A stretch of DNA of 53,347 bases, from assembly GCA_965649205.1 (NCBI GenBank), contig CBFGJV010000018.1, positions 3,053 through 56,399 on the forward strand, read 5' to 3'. This document shows positions 1 through 9,696 of the stretch, in pieces. The notes below the pieces were generated by a model. That model searched no databases, was not told where the DNA came from, and was given only the letters and a program-made list of their open reading frames with translations. The stretch is from a candidate division WOR-3 bacterium (GTDB lineage Bacteria; Hydrothermota; Tepidihabitantia; Tepidihabitantales; Tepidihabitantaceae). Numbering within the stretch: the first letter of the stretch is position 1; the number at the start of each line of letters is the position of its first letter. The position numbers were made by a program, and so were the translations under genes.

Positions 1-359
1 TGAGCCACGCCACAATACTATAATTTGCGCACAGGCACTCCGTTTACAAACCTCTGCGTCAGCAATCAGATAGTACAAACAGCATTTCACCCCTCGCCAG
101 CTCCTTGAGTCGTTTCCTCAACGACGGCATTATTGGTTTTGTCTCAGTTCCTCGATCTACTTTCTCACGCGCCAACCTGGCCGCCCGGTCAATCCCACTA
201 CCACCACTACCTCGCAGAATAGGCAGGCTAAACCTTCCCCGTTCCTGATCGCACATACTTTCAGGTAGACTGTCCAAAGCCGCGCATCCAGTTGCAAGGA
301 AAAAATTCTCTGCACCTTCTTGCCGCCGTTTTCCAACCTTCTAGCGCCACTTGGTAGGC

Positions 360-388
360 TTGACTTGTCTCCTCAACCTAGATAGAAT
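360..388 (+). promoter_or_regulatory. sigma70-type promoter of the rpmF-plsX operon
   Basis: TTGACT (360-365), 17-nt spacer, TAGAAT (383-388); GGAGG Shine-Dalgarno at 416-420 before the rpmF ATG. Confidence 0.7.
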
Positions 389-424
389 CGGACACTTCAA
401 AAACTACTTTGATTTGGAGGACGA

Positions 425-619
425 ATGCCAGTACCTAAGAGAAGACACTCCAAACAGCGCGGGCGCAAACGGCGTACCCACTGGAAGTTGACCGCGCCCA
501 CTGTTGTGGATTGTCCTCACTGTCACGAACCAAAGCTTCCGCATCGTGTATGCCTGCATTGTGGGTACTACGCAGGCAAGGAAGTTATTTTCGTTGGCAA
601 GGAAGAAAAAGCCAGGTGA
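425..619 (+). CDS. rpmF: 50S ribosomal protein L32
   Basis: [20 protein letters not shown] start, CPHC and [10 protein letters not shown] zinc ribbon; canonical position before plsX. Confidence 0.97.
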   Translation: MPVPKRRHSKQRGRKRRTHWKLTAPTVVDCPHCHEPKLPHRVCLHCGYYAGKEVIFVGKEEKAR

Positions 620-1611
620 AGATTGCGCTCGACGCCATGGGCTCGGACAACGCCCCCCGTTCCGAGCTTGAGGGGGTAGCGCTAGCCCTGGAACAGGACC
701 CCAACCTACAAGTAGCCCTCGTAGGAAGAGAAGAAATAATCTCCGCCTGTACAGATACCCATTCAGGCCGTTTGGAACTTGTGCCGGCACCAGAAGTGGT
801 TGGCATGCACGAACCACCCGCAGAAGCAATCAAACGCAAACCAAACTCTTCCTTGGCGGTATGTATGCGACTGCTGGCTCAGGGCAAGGTTCAAGGCGTG
901 GTTTCTGCTGGCAACACCGGAGCAGTAATGGCCTATGCTCTCACCATTATCGGCACCGTACCTGGAGTCTACCGACCCACCCTCGCTGTCCTGTTCCCCA
1001 CGACTCGAGGTTCCACCATGGTCCTAGATGTTGGTGCCAACGTGGATGCTAAGCCGCTTCAGCTCTTTCAATTTGGCCTAATGGGAGCTACCGCGGCAAG
1101 TTATCTTTTCCACAAAGCTAACCCCTCGGTAGGGCTGCTGAATATAGGACGGGAGGATTCCAAAGGCAATGATGCCATTTTTGAGGCCTACCGCCTGCTC
1201 CGTAACAGCGAGTTAAACTTTGTAGGCAACATCGAGGGATATGACATACTGAAAGGAACTGCTGATGTTGTGGTATGCGACGGTCTGGTAGGAAATATTC
1301 TCCTCAAGTATGGTGAAGGACTAGCCGAAGTTCTTGCGGGTATGCTACAGGAATATCTGGAGTCAGAATCAAAGTACCGGCTGCGTCGCTGGTTTTCCAA
1401 ACCTGTACTGCAAGAGTTCATTGAACGGATGGACTACCAGGAACATGGTGGTGCGCTTATGCTGGGAATCGCCGGAACAGTAGTAGTAGCTCATGGCCGC
1501 TCCACTCCCCGAGCAATAATGAACGCCATCCGCTCGGCCTGCCAGGCAGTAGAAGGCAACATCACCGAACATATCCGGGAACGCTTCGCCGCTCTAAACC
1601 AGTCGACATGA
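616..1611 (+). CDS. plsX: phosphate acyltransferase PlsX
   Basis: [41 protein letters not shown] motifs; start moved to GTG at 616, overlapping the rpmF stop (GTGA). Confidence 0.95.
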   Translation: MKIALDAMGSDNAPRSELEGVALALEQDPNLQVALVGREEIISACTDTHSGRLELVPAPEVVGMHEPPAEAIKRKPNSSLAVCMRLLAQGKVQGVVSAGNTGAVMAYALTIIGTVPGVYRPTLAVLFPTTRGSTMVLDVGANVDAKPLQLFQFGLMGATAASYLFHKANPSVGLLNIGREDSKGNDAIFEAYRLLRNSELNFVGNIEGYDILKGTADVVVCDGLVGNILLKYGEGLAEVLAGMLQEYLESESKYRLRRWFSKPVLQEFIERMDYQEHGGALMLGIAGTVVVAHGRSTPRAIMNAIRSACQAVEGNITEHIRERFAALNQST

Positions 1612-2723
1612 ACGCAACACGACTAAGTCTGTTATTGCTGCTGTGGTGGTTCACCGCATGTAATACACTACCTGTTGGTGCAGATCAGCTTGACCGCATT
1701 CCTCGTTCCGACAGTCTCACCCTACTACCGGACACGCAAGCCAGTTATGCGCGGTATGTTCCACTCGGCGCGGCTGGAACTTTGTACTTGGGACAGGATG
1801 CGCAATACCAGTCCCGGTTACTCATCCGCTTTGCTGTGCCGGACACTGCCTTCGACTCAGCCCTGAGTGCCCAACTTGTGCTGCACCGTGCAGATAGCAA
1901 CGTCGTTTCTTTTGTCGTACAACCCTGCTCCACTATCTGGAATGCCGCCGGAGCTTCGTGGCGAATGGCCGACTCAGTCACACACTGGCTCAGACCAGGC
2001 GGGGACTATTGGAATGTAGAACTGGGTAGGGGCAAAACCGAAACGGAAAGTACTGTGATAGAACTAGCCCTGCAGAAACTGGACACGCTCACCCTGCCTG
2101 CTCTCCGGGAGAATGGAGTTATTGTATTGCCTGCAGACACCGGCTTTGTAGGAATCTATTCCGGCAACAACACTACCACTGCTCCTCGCTTGCGCATCAA
2201 CTATCCTAACAACAAAAACGCGGTATATCACTCAATAGACGATACCCACATCGTAGATACCATTTCTTTAGGGCGTCCCCTGGGACATCGTGTCGGCACG
2301 GGGATGGCATTTCGCACATTTCTGCGGTTTTCTCTCGACTCGGTACCAGCGGCCGCCACCATAGCCCGAGCCGAACTAATATTCCAACCTCAAGTGGAAT
2401 ACACCCGCAAAGATACTGTAACGCTGGGAATCCGTCGCATGAAACAATCTTTCGCCATGTTTGGTCCAAATGCCAGTTTTGCAGAAGCACCCGAGGCAAC
2501 CTTCCGTTTTAAGATCAACCCGGTTTCCGACTCAGCTGTGGTGTTTGACCTGCGAAATCTGGTGCAATACTGGACGGCTCATCCTGATTCCAATTTAGGT
2601 CTTTTACTACTTGCTGAACCTGAACATGCTCCTCTCTTCCGACTTGCTGTTGCCCGCACCAGCCCGCGCTCTCCCCAACTCAGGCTCTTCTACGTTATGC
2701 CTCCAGATGACCGCTTCCACTGA
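1608..2723 (+). CDS. putative lipoprotein with two DNRLRE-like beta-sandwich modules
   Basis: Hydrophobic signal ending FTAC (lipobox-like); repeated R-x-L/F-I/L-R-F...A-x-L and P-x-L-R-I/L-x-Y patterns; ATGA overlap with plsX. Domain name is by resemblance only. Confidence 0.6.
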   Translation: MNATRLSLLLLLWWFTACNTLPVGADQLDRIPRSDSLTLLPDTQASYARYVPLGAAGTLYLGQDAQYQSRLLIRFAVPDTAFDSALSAQLVLHRADSNVVSFVVQPCSTIWNAAGASWRMADSVTHWLRPGGDYWNVELGRGKTETESTVIELALQKLDTLTLPALRENGVIVLPADTGFVGIYSGNNTTTAPRLRINYPNNKNAVYHSIDDTHIVDTISLGRPLGHRVGTGMAFRTFLRFSLDSVPAAATIARAELIFQPQVEYTRKDTVTLGIRRMKQSFAMFGPNASFAEAPEATFRFKINPVSDSAVVFDLRNLVQYWTAHPDSNLGLLLLAEPEHAPLFRLAVARTSPRSPQLRLFYVMPPDDRFH

Positions 2724-2724
2724 A

Positions 2725-3888
2725 ATGCGCCACATACTCTCGCTTCTACCTTCTACCTCCGGCCCGCGAATCACAATCTGCACTCTGGTCTGGGCATGTG
2801 TGTCATTGGGCCAGTCTTTTTTCAATGCCCGCGGGCTGGGAGAACTGGTACCCCCTGCTGATGCCCGCATTCTTGCCCTGGGCAGCCCGTCCGCACTTTC
2901 CTACCGTAACCCCGGTATACTGGTACACCTGCCCAAAACTTCGTTTGGGCTATCAGTTTTAGCCTCAGGCGTGTTTGGTTCTCAATCTGGCCAGACGCGC
3001 CTGATTGGCACAGTGAGACCCGCAGGGCTCAACATTGCCGCTCCCCTGCCACTTGGCACTAGAATAATGTTGGGTCTTGAAGAACGTTTCGGCCAAGATT
3101 TTGACCTGTGGTCTGCTTCCCTGCCTGATACCGGCTGTCGCTACCACGTAACTGGACGTGGCGGCATCCATGTCCTGCGCGCTGGCTTGGGATACTCTTT
3201 TCTCAAAACTGCCAGCGTGGGTATAGAGTATGGGCGGGTAGTAGGCGCCAGCCGAGAAGAATGGGAAATAAATGTCGCCAATGGACGATATCTATCAACC
3301 GACACGGTAGAGCTGTCGTATACGGGCAATACACTACGTCTGGGCGCTTCCTTACAAACCGGACGGTTCGCCTTGGGACTGCTTTATTCCTTGCCCCAAC
3401 GTCTTAGTGCGGCCTCCAGTCGACGTGCGCACGGCGTAGTAGAAGATTCTCTCTTCACTCATATCATCCGCATTCCTGCCGAGATCGACCTGGGCATATC
3501 TCTGGAACCTTTCCCGTCGCTCACTGCTGTGATAGGCCTGGAACACCGCCCCTGGTCAGGTATCACCATCAATGACACTATTATGGCCAGGGGCAGAAAT
3601 TCCATCCGCGTCTCGTCGGGCTTAGAATACCATACAGATAAATTTCCCCTGCGTGCCGCTTATTCCTACGAGCCATGGTACTACACCTCCCGCAGTTTTA
3701 GCACCATTCAGGAGCACAAAATCTGGCTGGGAAGTGCCGTGCCTATCAAAGAATTCGGAGCCCTAGAACTGTCCGCCAGTTTGGGCAGACGTAGCACTCC
3801 AGAACTATCCGAAACTACAGCCGGCCTGTTGCTAACTCTCTCCTACAACGAAGCCTGGCTCAGGCGTACCAGACGCTGGGGCTACTAA
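2725..3888 (+). CDS. putative outer-membrane beta-barrel (FadL/OmpP1/PorV-like superfamily)
   Basis: ATG 1 nt after the upstream stop; SFFNARGLGE and NPG motifs after a signal-like segment; alternating amphipathic strands; ends LTLSYNEAWLRR. Confidence 0.65.
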   Translation: MRHILSLLPSTSGPRITICTLVWACVSLGQSFFNARGLGELVPPADARILALGSPSALSYRNPGILVHLPKTSFGLSVLASGVFGSQSGQTRLIGTVRPAGLNIAAPLPLGTRIMLGLEERFGQDFDLWSASLPDTGCRYHVTGRGGIHVLRAGLGYSFLKTASVGIEYGRVVGASREEWEINVANGRYLSTDTVELSYTGNTLRLGASLQTGRFALGLLYSLPQRLSAASSRRAHGVVEDSLFTHIIRIPAEIDLGISLEPFPSLTAVIGLEHRPWSGITINDTIMARGRNSIRVSSGLEYHTDKFPLRAAYSYEPWYYTSRSFSTIQEHKIWLGSAVPIKEFGALELSASLGRRSTPELSETTAGLLLTLSYNEAWLRRTRRWGY

Positions 3889-3927
3889 GAGCTAGCTTAC
3901 GCCCGCAGAACAGAAAAAATCTACTTC

Positions 3928-6063
3928 CTACTGCAGCCAGGGCAAATAGGAGGAAACTTTCAGCACCAGCCCCAATACGACTATCGACACCATAGACTGC
4001 AACTTGAGCAAAATATTCAGCGAGGGGCCGGACGCATCCTTCAAGGGATCTCCGACCGTATCTCCAACAACGCCTGCCTTATGCGCGGGAGAACCTTTAC
4101 CACCGAACATTCCTTTTTCTATGTACTTCTTGGCATTATCCCAAGCTCCTCCCGCATTGGCGCTGAATATGGCCAAACAGAACCCGGCAGCTAGTCCCCC
4201 GACCAGAAAACCTGCCACACCCTCAGTACCCATCAATAACCCCACAACAACGGGGGTCAGAATCGCCATGAGCGAAGGCGGTATCATTTCCTTCTGCGCT
4301 GCCTTTGTGCAGATTGTCACCGCACTTGCATAATCAGGCTTAGCCTTACCCTCCATTAATCCCGGTATTTCCTTGAATTGCCTCCTGACCTCGACCACAA
4401 TCTTAGAAGCTGCTCGTCCCACAGCCCGCATTACCATGGAAGACACTCCCATAGGCAACATGGCTCCCAGAAACACGCCAGCAATGAGACGCGGATTCAT
4501 CAAGGTTAAATCCAATTCTTTTACATAGCCCAGCACCTTCTGTGAGACTATGCGGGTTTCATCTCGATATGCAGCCACTAGCGCCAATGCCGTTAATGCT
4601 GCCGAAGCAATGGCAAAACCTTTCCCCGTTGCGGCCGTAGTATTTCCTAGAGCATCCAACGCATCTGTCCTTTGTCGTACTATCGGCTCCTGGTGTGTCA
4701 TTTCGGCATTACCTCCCGCGTTATCGGCTACAGGGCCATAGGCATCTGTTGCCAGGGTAATACCCAAGGTTGACAGCATGCCGACCGCAGATATGCCGAT
4801 ACCATAGAGTCCCAGCCCAGGATTCGCCGCTCCGCCAGCAAGATAGTAGCTGGCCATAATTGCCGCAGCTACCGTTACGACAATAGGAACCGTTGAACTC
4901 ATACCCACAGCCAAACCTTCGATAATGACAGTAGCAGGTGATGTACCAGCCTCTGCAGCAATACCTTGTACTGGTTTGTAGCTGTCTGACGTGTAACGTT
5001 CAGTAAAGTAACCGACTAGCACCCCGGCTGCAAGACCGGAAATAATCGACCACAAGATATTGGTATGTTCCGGCAGAAGCCAACGCACTACGACAAGACC
5101 CAGTACAGCAGAAAGCACCGCAGCCCCATACACTCCCCGTCGTAGGGCGGCAAGCAAAACCTTCTGCTCGGCCTTTTCTCCTGCCCTCACTAGAAAACTA
5201 CCAATGATAGATGAAGCTATACCCACTCCGGCCAAAACCATTGGGAGGAGCACACCATTCACCTCAAAGCCGGACCCAGTAAAAGCAACTATGGACAGCG
5301 CCATAGTTGCGACCATGGAACCCACATAGGACTCATACAGGTCCGCCCCCATACCGGCAATATCACCCACATTATCACCCACATTGTCAGCGATAACCGC
5401 AGGATTACGCGGGTCGTCCTCCGGGATACCCGCCTCTACTTTGCCCACAAGGTCCGCACCCACATCCGCCGCTTTGGTAAATATACCACCACCGACCCTA
5501 GCGAAAAGTGCTTGAGAACTAGCACCGATGCCAAATGCCAACATGGCGGATGTTATTGAAGTTAAACGCTCCGCTGTAGGAAGATGGGCATATACCGCAT
5601 TAAGTATCAGGTACCAGATAGACAAATCAACGAGCCCCAGACCCACCACCGTTAACCCCATGACCATACCTGAAGAAAAGGCCACCCGCAGACCGGAATT
5701 CAAACTCTGTCTTGCCGCCCAAGTGGTACGAGCGCTGGAACGCACCCCAATCGACATCCCGATAAAACCAGACAAACCCGAGAAAAAACCACCAGTTAGA
5801 AAAGCAAAAGGCACAAACCACGTCTGTAAGCCGAGCGCCGCCAATACACACAGCAACACAAAAACGACCGCAAAGAACAACATCACTCCTTTGTACTGCT
5901 GCTTCAAGTAAGCTGTTGCGCCTACGCGCACCGCCTTGGCGACCTCCTTCATTGGCTCAGTACCTTCGCTCTTTTTTAAGTTGCTCAGTGCCAGATATAA
6001 GGCAAAAGCCAACGCTGTGACTGCGGCTGCCGGAGCAATCCAAAAAACGGGACTTATACTCAC
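3928..6063 (-). CDS. hppA: membrane-bound, K+-dependent ion-pumping pyrophosphatase (probable Na+,H+-PPase)
   Basis: DVGADLVGKVE, DNVGDNVGD, GDTVGDPLKD motifs; GNTTAA (Ala, K+-dependent type); many TM helices. Confidence 0.97.
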   Translation of the reverse strand: MSISPVFWIAPAAAVTALAFALYLALSNLKKSEGTEPMKEVAKAVRVGATAYLKQQYKGVMLFFAVVFVLLCVLAALGLQTWFVPFAFLTGGFFSGLSGFIGMSIGVRSSARTTWAARQSLNSGLRVAFSSGMVMGLTVVGLGLVDLSIWYLILNAVYAHLPTAERLTSITSAMLAFGIGASSQALFARVGGGIFTKAADVGADLVGKVEAGIPEDDPRNPAVIADNVGDNVGDIAGMGADLYESYVGSMVATMALSIVAFTGSGFEVNGVLLPMVLAGVGIASSIIGSFLVRAGEKAEQKVLLAALRRGVYGAAVLSAVLGLVVVRWLLPEHTNILWSIISGLAAGVLVGYFTERYTSDSYKPVQGIAAEAGTSPATVIIEGLAVGMSSTVPIVVTVAAAIMASYYLAGGAANPGLGLYGIGISAVGMLSTLGITLATDAYGPVADNAGGNAEMTHQEPIVRQRTDALDALGNTTAATGKGFAIASAALTALALVAAYRDETRIVSQKVLGYVKELDLTLMNPRLIAGVFLGAMLPMGVSSMVMRAVGRAASKIVVEVRRQFKEIPGLMEGKAKPDYASAVTICTKAAQKEMIPPSLMAILTPVVVGLLMGTEGVAGFLVGGLAAGFCLAIFSANAGGAWDNAKKYIEKGMFGGKGSPAHKAGVVGDTVGDPLKDASGPSLNILLKLQSMVSIVVLGLVLKVSSYLPWLQ

Positions 6064-6093
6064 GAGGTACTCCTTTCTTTATTGCGGAGCGCA

Positions 6094-6121
6094 AGTATAG
6101 ACAGCTTCGGAACAAAGTCAA
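6094..6121 (-). promoter_or_regulatory. sigma70-type promoter of hppA
   Basis: Minus strand TTGACT-16-TATACT, followed by AAGGAG before the GTG start. Confidence 0.6.
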
Positions 6122-6192
6122 TTACCCTGCTGCCATCCCGTATAGACGGCATCTCCAATTAAAAAGCAACCTGAGGAAAGAGGACTTCGCCA

Positions 6193-6702
6193 CTACTCAC
6201 TAATCAGCTTGCGCAGCTCCCGGTCTAACGAATCCAGGTCAGGAAACTCAGTCTTAGTCAAAGAACGGGCGAGATTTCTAACATCTTCCAGAAGTTGCCG
6301 GTACTCTTGCATCGCTAGACGCTTCTGTGGCTCTGCGCTTTGGGCAACTTTAAACGTATCCAGGGATGCGCAGATTTCCTCCATCCGCCTGAAACCAATA
6401 ATGCACCTCTGAGCGAGAGATTCTTGTTCCGGCGACAGAGGAGTTGACGCAGGATAGTGCTTGTCAAACCTACGTTTCACTTTCACCAAACGGCGACGTA
6501 GGTCTCGCCTGAAAGCTGCGAACTTGGCGTCGGCGGAAACTGTTGTGTGCTTTACGACCGGTTCCGGCAGAATTATCCGTCTTGCATTACGTGCCACAAC
6601 TACTACCGCAAGGACAATACCGACAATTGCCGCAACCGCAACCAGTACTACAGCTATACGACCCCAACGGTATTTCTGACTGGAGGGCGAATTAGTTCTC
6701 AC
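6193..6702 (-). CDS. hypothetical protein with N-terminal membrane anchor and helical body
   Basis: 169 aa ORF filling the gap between hppA and purL; basic N-terminus then a long hydrophobic stretch; has its own promoter. Confidence 0.6.
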   Translation of the reverse strand: MRTNSPSSQKYRWGRIAVVLVAVAAIVGIVLAVVVVARNARRIILPEPVVKHTTVSADAKFAAFRRDLRRRLVKVKRRFDKHYPASTPLSPEQESLAQRCIIGFRRMEEICASLDTFKVAQSAEPQKRLAMQEYRQLLEDVRNLARSLTKTEFPDLDSLDRELRKLISE

Positions 6703-6708
6703 ATAATT

Positions 6709-6737
6709 ATTACACGCGTGGAACTAGCGACTGTCAA
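6709..6737 (-). promoter_or_regulatory. promoter of the 6193..6702 gene (probably leaderless)
   Basis: TTGACA-17-TGTAAT, then 6 nt to GTG; no Shine-Dalgarno. Confidence 0.5.
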
Positions 6738-6763
6738 CAGTCACGGAACCTGCACGGCGCAAC

Positions 6764-6791
6764 TTGACTGCTGCCGACCCAGCCGTATCTT
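6764..6791 (+). promoter_or_regulatory. promoter of purL (probably leaderless)
   Basis: TTGACT-16-TATCTT, then 5 nt to GTG at 6797. Confidence 0.5.
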
Positions 6792-6796
6792 GCATA

Positions 6797-9658
6797 GTGT
6801 TTTGGCGTATAGAAGTAAGCAAACGCGGCCGATATCCGCAGACAGAAATACTCAGTAGAGAACTACGCGAATCTGGACTGGAAAGCCTCCTGCCGCTGAA
6901 GGCGGCAAAATTGTTCTTCCTTGCGGGAATCTCCGAAAAAGAAGCAAAACGCGCAGCAGAGGAAATATTCACCGACCCGGTGAGCGAGACCTATACACTG
7001 ACCGAAAACCAAGTCGGAGTAGCCCACCTGGAGATACTGTTCAATCCCGGCGTCATGGACCCGAGTTTGGAAAGTATACGAAGAGCGCTAGCTGATTGTG
7101 GTCTTTCTCCCGCCCAAGTACGAACAGGTAGGGCCTATTTCTTCATCCGCAAGCCAAACCGCGGTGAGTTGTTCCTGCTGCAGAGGTTTTTCTATAATCC
7201 TCTCATCGAACATACAGCAACAGAAGGGGAACAACTCTTTTCTGAACCTTGCACGTTTACTGCTCGACGAACAGAGGTGCCCATCAGGGAAAAAACTGTA
7301 GCTGAGTTGGAAGCTATTTCTCGCCAAAGATTGCTGGCACTCAATACGGAAGAAATGCTGACGCTGAAAGACTACTACCAGCAAATCGGACGGGACCCCA
7401 CTGACGTGGAGTTGGAAACCTATGCACAGACTTGGTCAGAACACTGTCAGCACAAGACTTTTCGTGGAGACATTGATTTTCACGGCAGAAAGATAAAGAA
7501 TCTGTTGAAGTCAACCATTTTTCGGGTAACAGAGGAACTTAACCCCGACTGGTGCCTTTCGGTGTTTCAGGACAATTCGGGCGTTATCGCTTTCGACGAC
7601 GAATACGCCCTCACTTTCAAAGTTGAAACCCACAATCACCCTTCAGCTCTGGAACCATACGGCGGAGCAGCTACCGGTATCGGCGGTGTAATCCGTGATT
7701 GTCTGGGTACGGGACTGGGAGCAAAACCGATTCTTTGCACTGATGTTTTCTGCTTTGCTCCTCTCACGACTCCCGCACATCGCATACCAGAGGGAGTAAT
7801 TCCTCCCAAGCAGATTGTGCGAGGAGTCGTAAGTGGTGTACGCGACTACGGGAATAGAATGGGCATCCCCACAGCCAACGGTGCGGTCTACTTCCACGAA
7901 GGATTCTTAGGCAATCCTCTTGTGTTCTGTGGTACAGTAGGCCTCTTACCCCGCAAGGCGGTAAAAAAACGGGTGAGGAAGGGACAATTAATTCTACTCC
8001 TGGGCGGACGCACCGGCCGCGACGGTATTCACGGAGTTACCTTTGCCTCACTAGAACTGGAAGCTGAAAAAACAACCGAACAGCGCAACCTTGATGCGGT
8101 CATTCGAAATCAGGCGGTGCAAATAGGGAATCCGATCGAAGAAAAAAAACTTCTCGACGTAGTACTGGCGGCACGAGACTTGGGACTCATCGAGGCAATA
8201 ACTGATTGTGGCGGTGGTGGACTATCCAGCGCCATAGGTGAACTTGCTTCTTCCACTGGCTGCGAGGTATGGTTGGATCGCGTGCCCCTAAAATACGCCG
8301 GATTGACTCCTGCGGAGATATGGATTTCTGAAGCGCAAGAGCGAATGATCATTTTCACAAGCGAAGCCAAAGCCCCTCAACTGTGCGAATTGGCCGCAAA
8401 AAACGATGTGGAAGCGACCGTAATCGGCCGCACCACTGGAACTGGCAGAATGAAACTCTATTTCCAAAATGAAGAAGTTGCTGATCTAGAAATGGAATTC
8501 CTGCATCACGGCTGGCGCTGCTATCTGCGGAAGGCCCGTTGGCAACAACCTGACTGCTCCGAACCTTTCATCCGGCCAGACCAGGATTTGACCCAGACGC
8601 TCCTGAAGTTATTGCAAGCCCCCAACATCGCCAGCAAGGAATGGATCATAAGGCAATATGACCACGAAGTACAGGGACAAAGCATTCTCAAACCTTTCTG
8701 CGGACCGGACCGCAGCGCGCCAACAGATGCCTGCGTTATAACTCCTCTGGCAGGTTCCAAACGAGGCTGTGTAGTAGCCTGCGGACTTGCGCCCAGATAC
8801 GGGCTGATTGACCCATATTGGATGGCAGCGTCGGCGATTGACGAAGCTCTACGCAACTGCCTGGCCGTAGGCGGCGACTTGGAACGAACTGCCCTCCTTG
8901 ACAATTTCTGCTGGGGCAGCCCTGAACAGCCTGAACAACTGGGAGGGCTAGTACGAGCTGCTCAAGCTTGTTACGACATCGCCCGTGGGTACAGGGTGCC
9001 ATTCATTTCTGGCAAAGACTCCCTCTACAACGAATTTAAGTACGCTTCGGGAGAATCTGCCTCGATCCCCCCCACATTACTTATCTCTGCTTTGAGCGTC
9101 ATTGAAGACGTAAACCAAACCGTAACTGCTGACCTGAAAGAATCAGGGTCCTATCTCTACGTACTCGGCGAAACCAAAGATGAACTGGGCGGCAGTGAAT
9201 ACTTCCGCCTGCACCAAGGACTCGGACGCGAAGTTCCAAGAGCTGAACCTCGTCAAGGAAGAAGGCTGATGAAAGCTCTAAGCAGAGCAATACGTCACGG
9301 ACTGGTGCGTGCCTGCCACGACGTTGCGGAAGGAGGTCTGGGGGTCTGTTTGGCAGAAATGGGATTCTCAGGAATTGGCGCCCGAGTCAATCTGCGCGCT
9401 GTTCCTCGCGATAACCGTGTGTCCCGCGACGACATTTTGCTCTTCAGTGAGTCTAACACCAGATTCATTTGCGAGGTAAAACCCGAATCCCGCAGAAGCT
9501 TCGAGGCACTTCTGCAGGGTTTGCCCTATGGCCGCATAGGACAGACTATTGCTGAACCTCTACTCCTTATCCAAGGATTGAAAGGAGAGAAAATAGTATC
9601 TCTGGACCTTCTCGCCGCCCAAGCCGCTTGGAGAAAAAGCCTGAGCAGACATCTCTAG
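6797..9658 (+). CDS. purL: phosphoribosylformylglycinamidine synthase subunit PurL with N-terminal PurS-like modules
   Basis: QTWSEHCQHKTF, KVETHNHPSALEPYGGAATGIGGVIRD, DCGGGGL, SEAQERM, ISGKDSLYN motifs; start GTG 6797 chosen because the ORF-track TTG is the -35 box. Confidence 0.95.
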   Translation: MFWRIEVSKRGRYPQTEILSRELRESGLESLLPLKAAKLFFLAGISEKEAKRAAEEIFTDPVSETYTLTENQVGVAHLEILFNPGVMDPSLESIRRALADCGLSPAQVRTGRAYFFIRKPNRGELFLLQRFFYNPLIEHTATEGEQLFSEPCTFTARRTEVPIREKTVAELEAISRQRLLALNTEEMLTLKDYYQQIGRDPTDVELETYAQTWSEHCQHKTFRGDIDFHGRKIKNLLKSTIFRVTEELNPDWCLSVFQDNSGVIAFDDEYALTFKVETHNHPSALEPYGGAATGIGGVIRDCLGTGLGAKPILCTDVFCFAPLTTPAHRIPEGVIPPKQIVRGVVSGVRDYGNRMGIPTANGAVYFHEGFLGNPLVFCGTVGLLPRKAVKKRVRKGQLILLLGGRTGRDGIHGVTFASLELEAEKTTEQRNLDAVIRNQAVQIGNPIEEKKLLDVVLAARDLGLIEAITDCGGGGLSSAIGELASSTGCEVWLDRVPLKYAGLTPAEIWISEAQERMIIFTSEAKAPQLCELAAKNDVEATVIGRTTGTGRMKLYFQNEEVADLEMEFLHHGWRCYLRKARWQQPDCSEPFIRPDQDLTQTLLKLLQAPNIASKEWIIRQYDHEVQGQSILKPFCGPDRSAPTDACVITPLAGSKRGCVVACGLAPRYGLIDPYWMAASAIDEALRNCLAVGGDLERTALLDNFCWGSPEQPEQLGGLVRAAQACYDIARGYRVPFISGKDSLYNEFKYASGESASIPPTLLISALSVIEDVNQTVTADLKESGSYLYVLGETKDELGGSEYFRLHQGLGREVPRAEPRQGRRLMKALSRAIRHGLVRACHDVAEGGLGVCLAEMGFSGIGARVNLRAVPRDNRVSRDDILLFSESNTRFICEVKPESRRSFEALLQGLPYGRIGQTIAEPLLLIQGLKGEKIVSLDLLAAQAAWRKSLSRHL

Positions 9659-9696
9659 TCGTTTTGCCGCACCGGCAGAAATCAAAAAAGTATCTT

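Noticed and set aside
44..277. 72-aa minus-strand ORF with a faint TusA-like stretch, ending SDC-TGA followed by an imperfect hairpin (possible selenocysteine readthrough)
   Set aside because: No CPxP motif, no SD or promoter, readthrough adds only 5 residues, and the hairpin is weak; neither the CDS nor a SECIS can be supported
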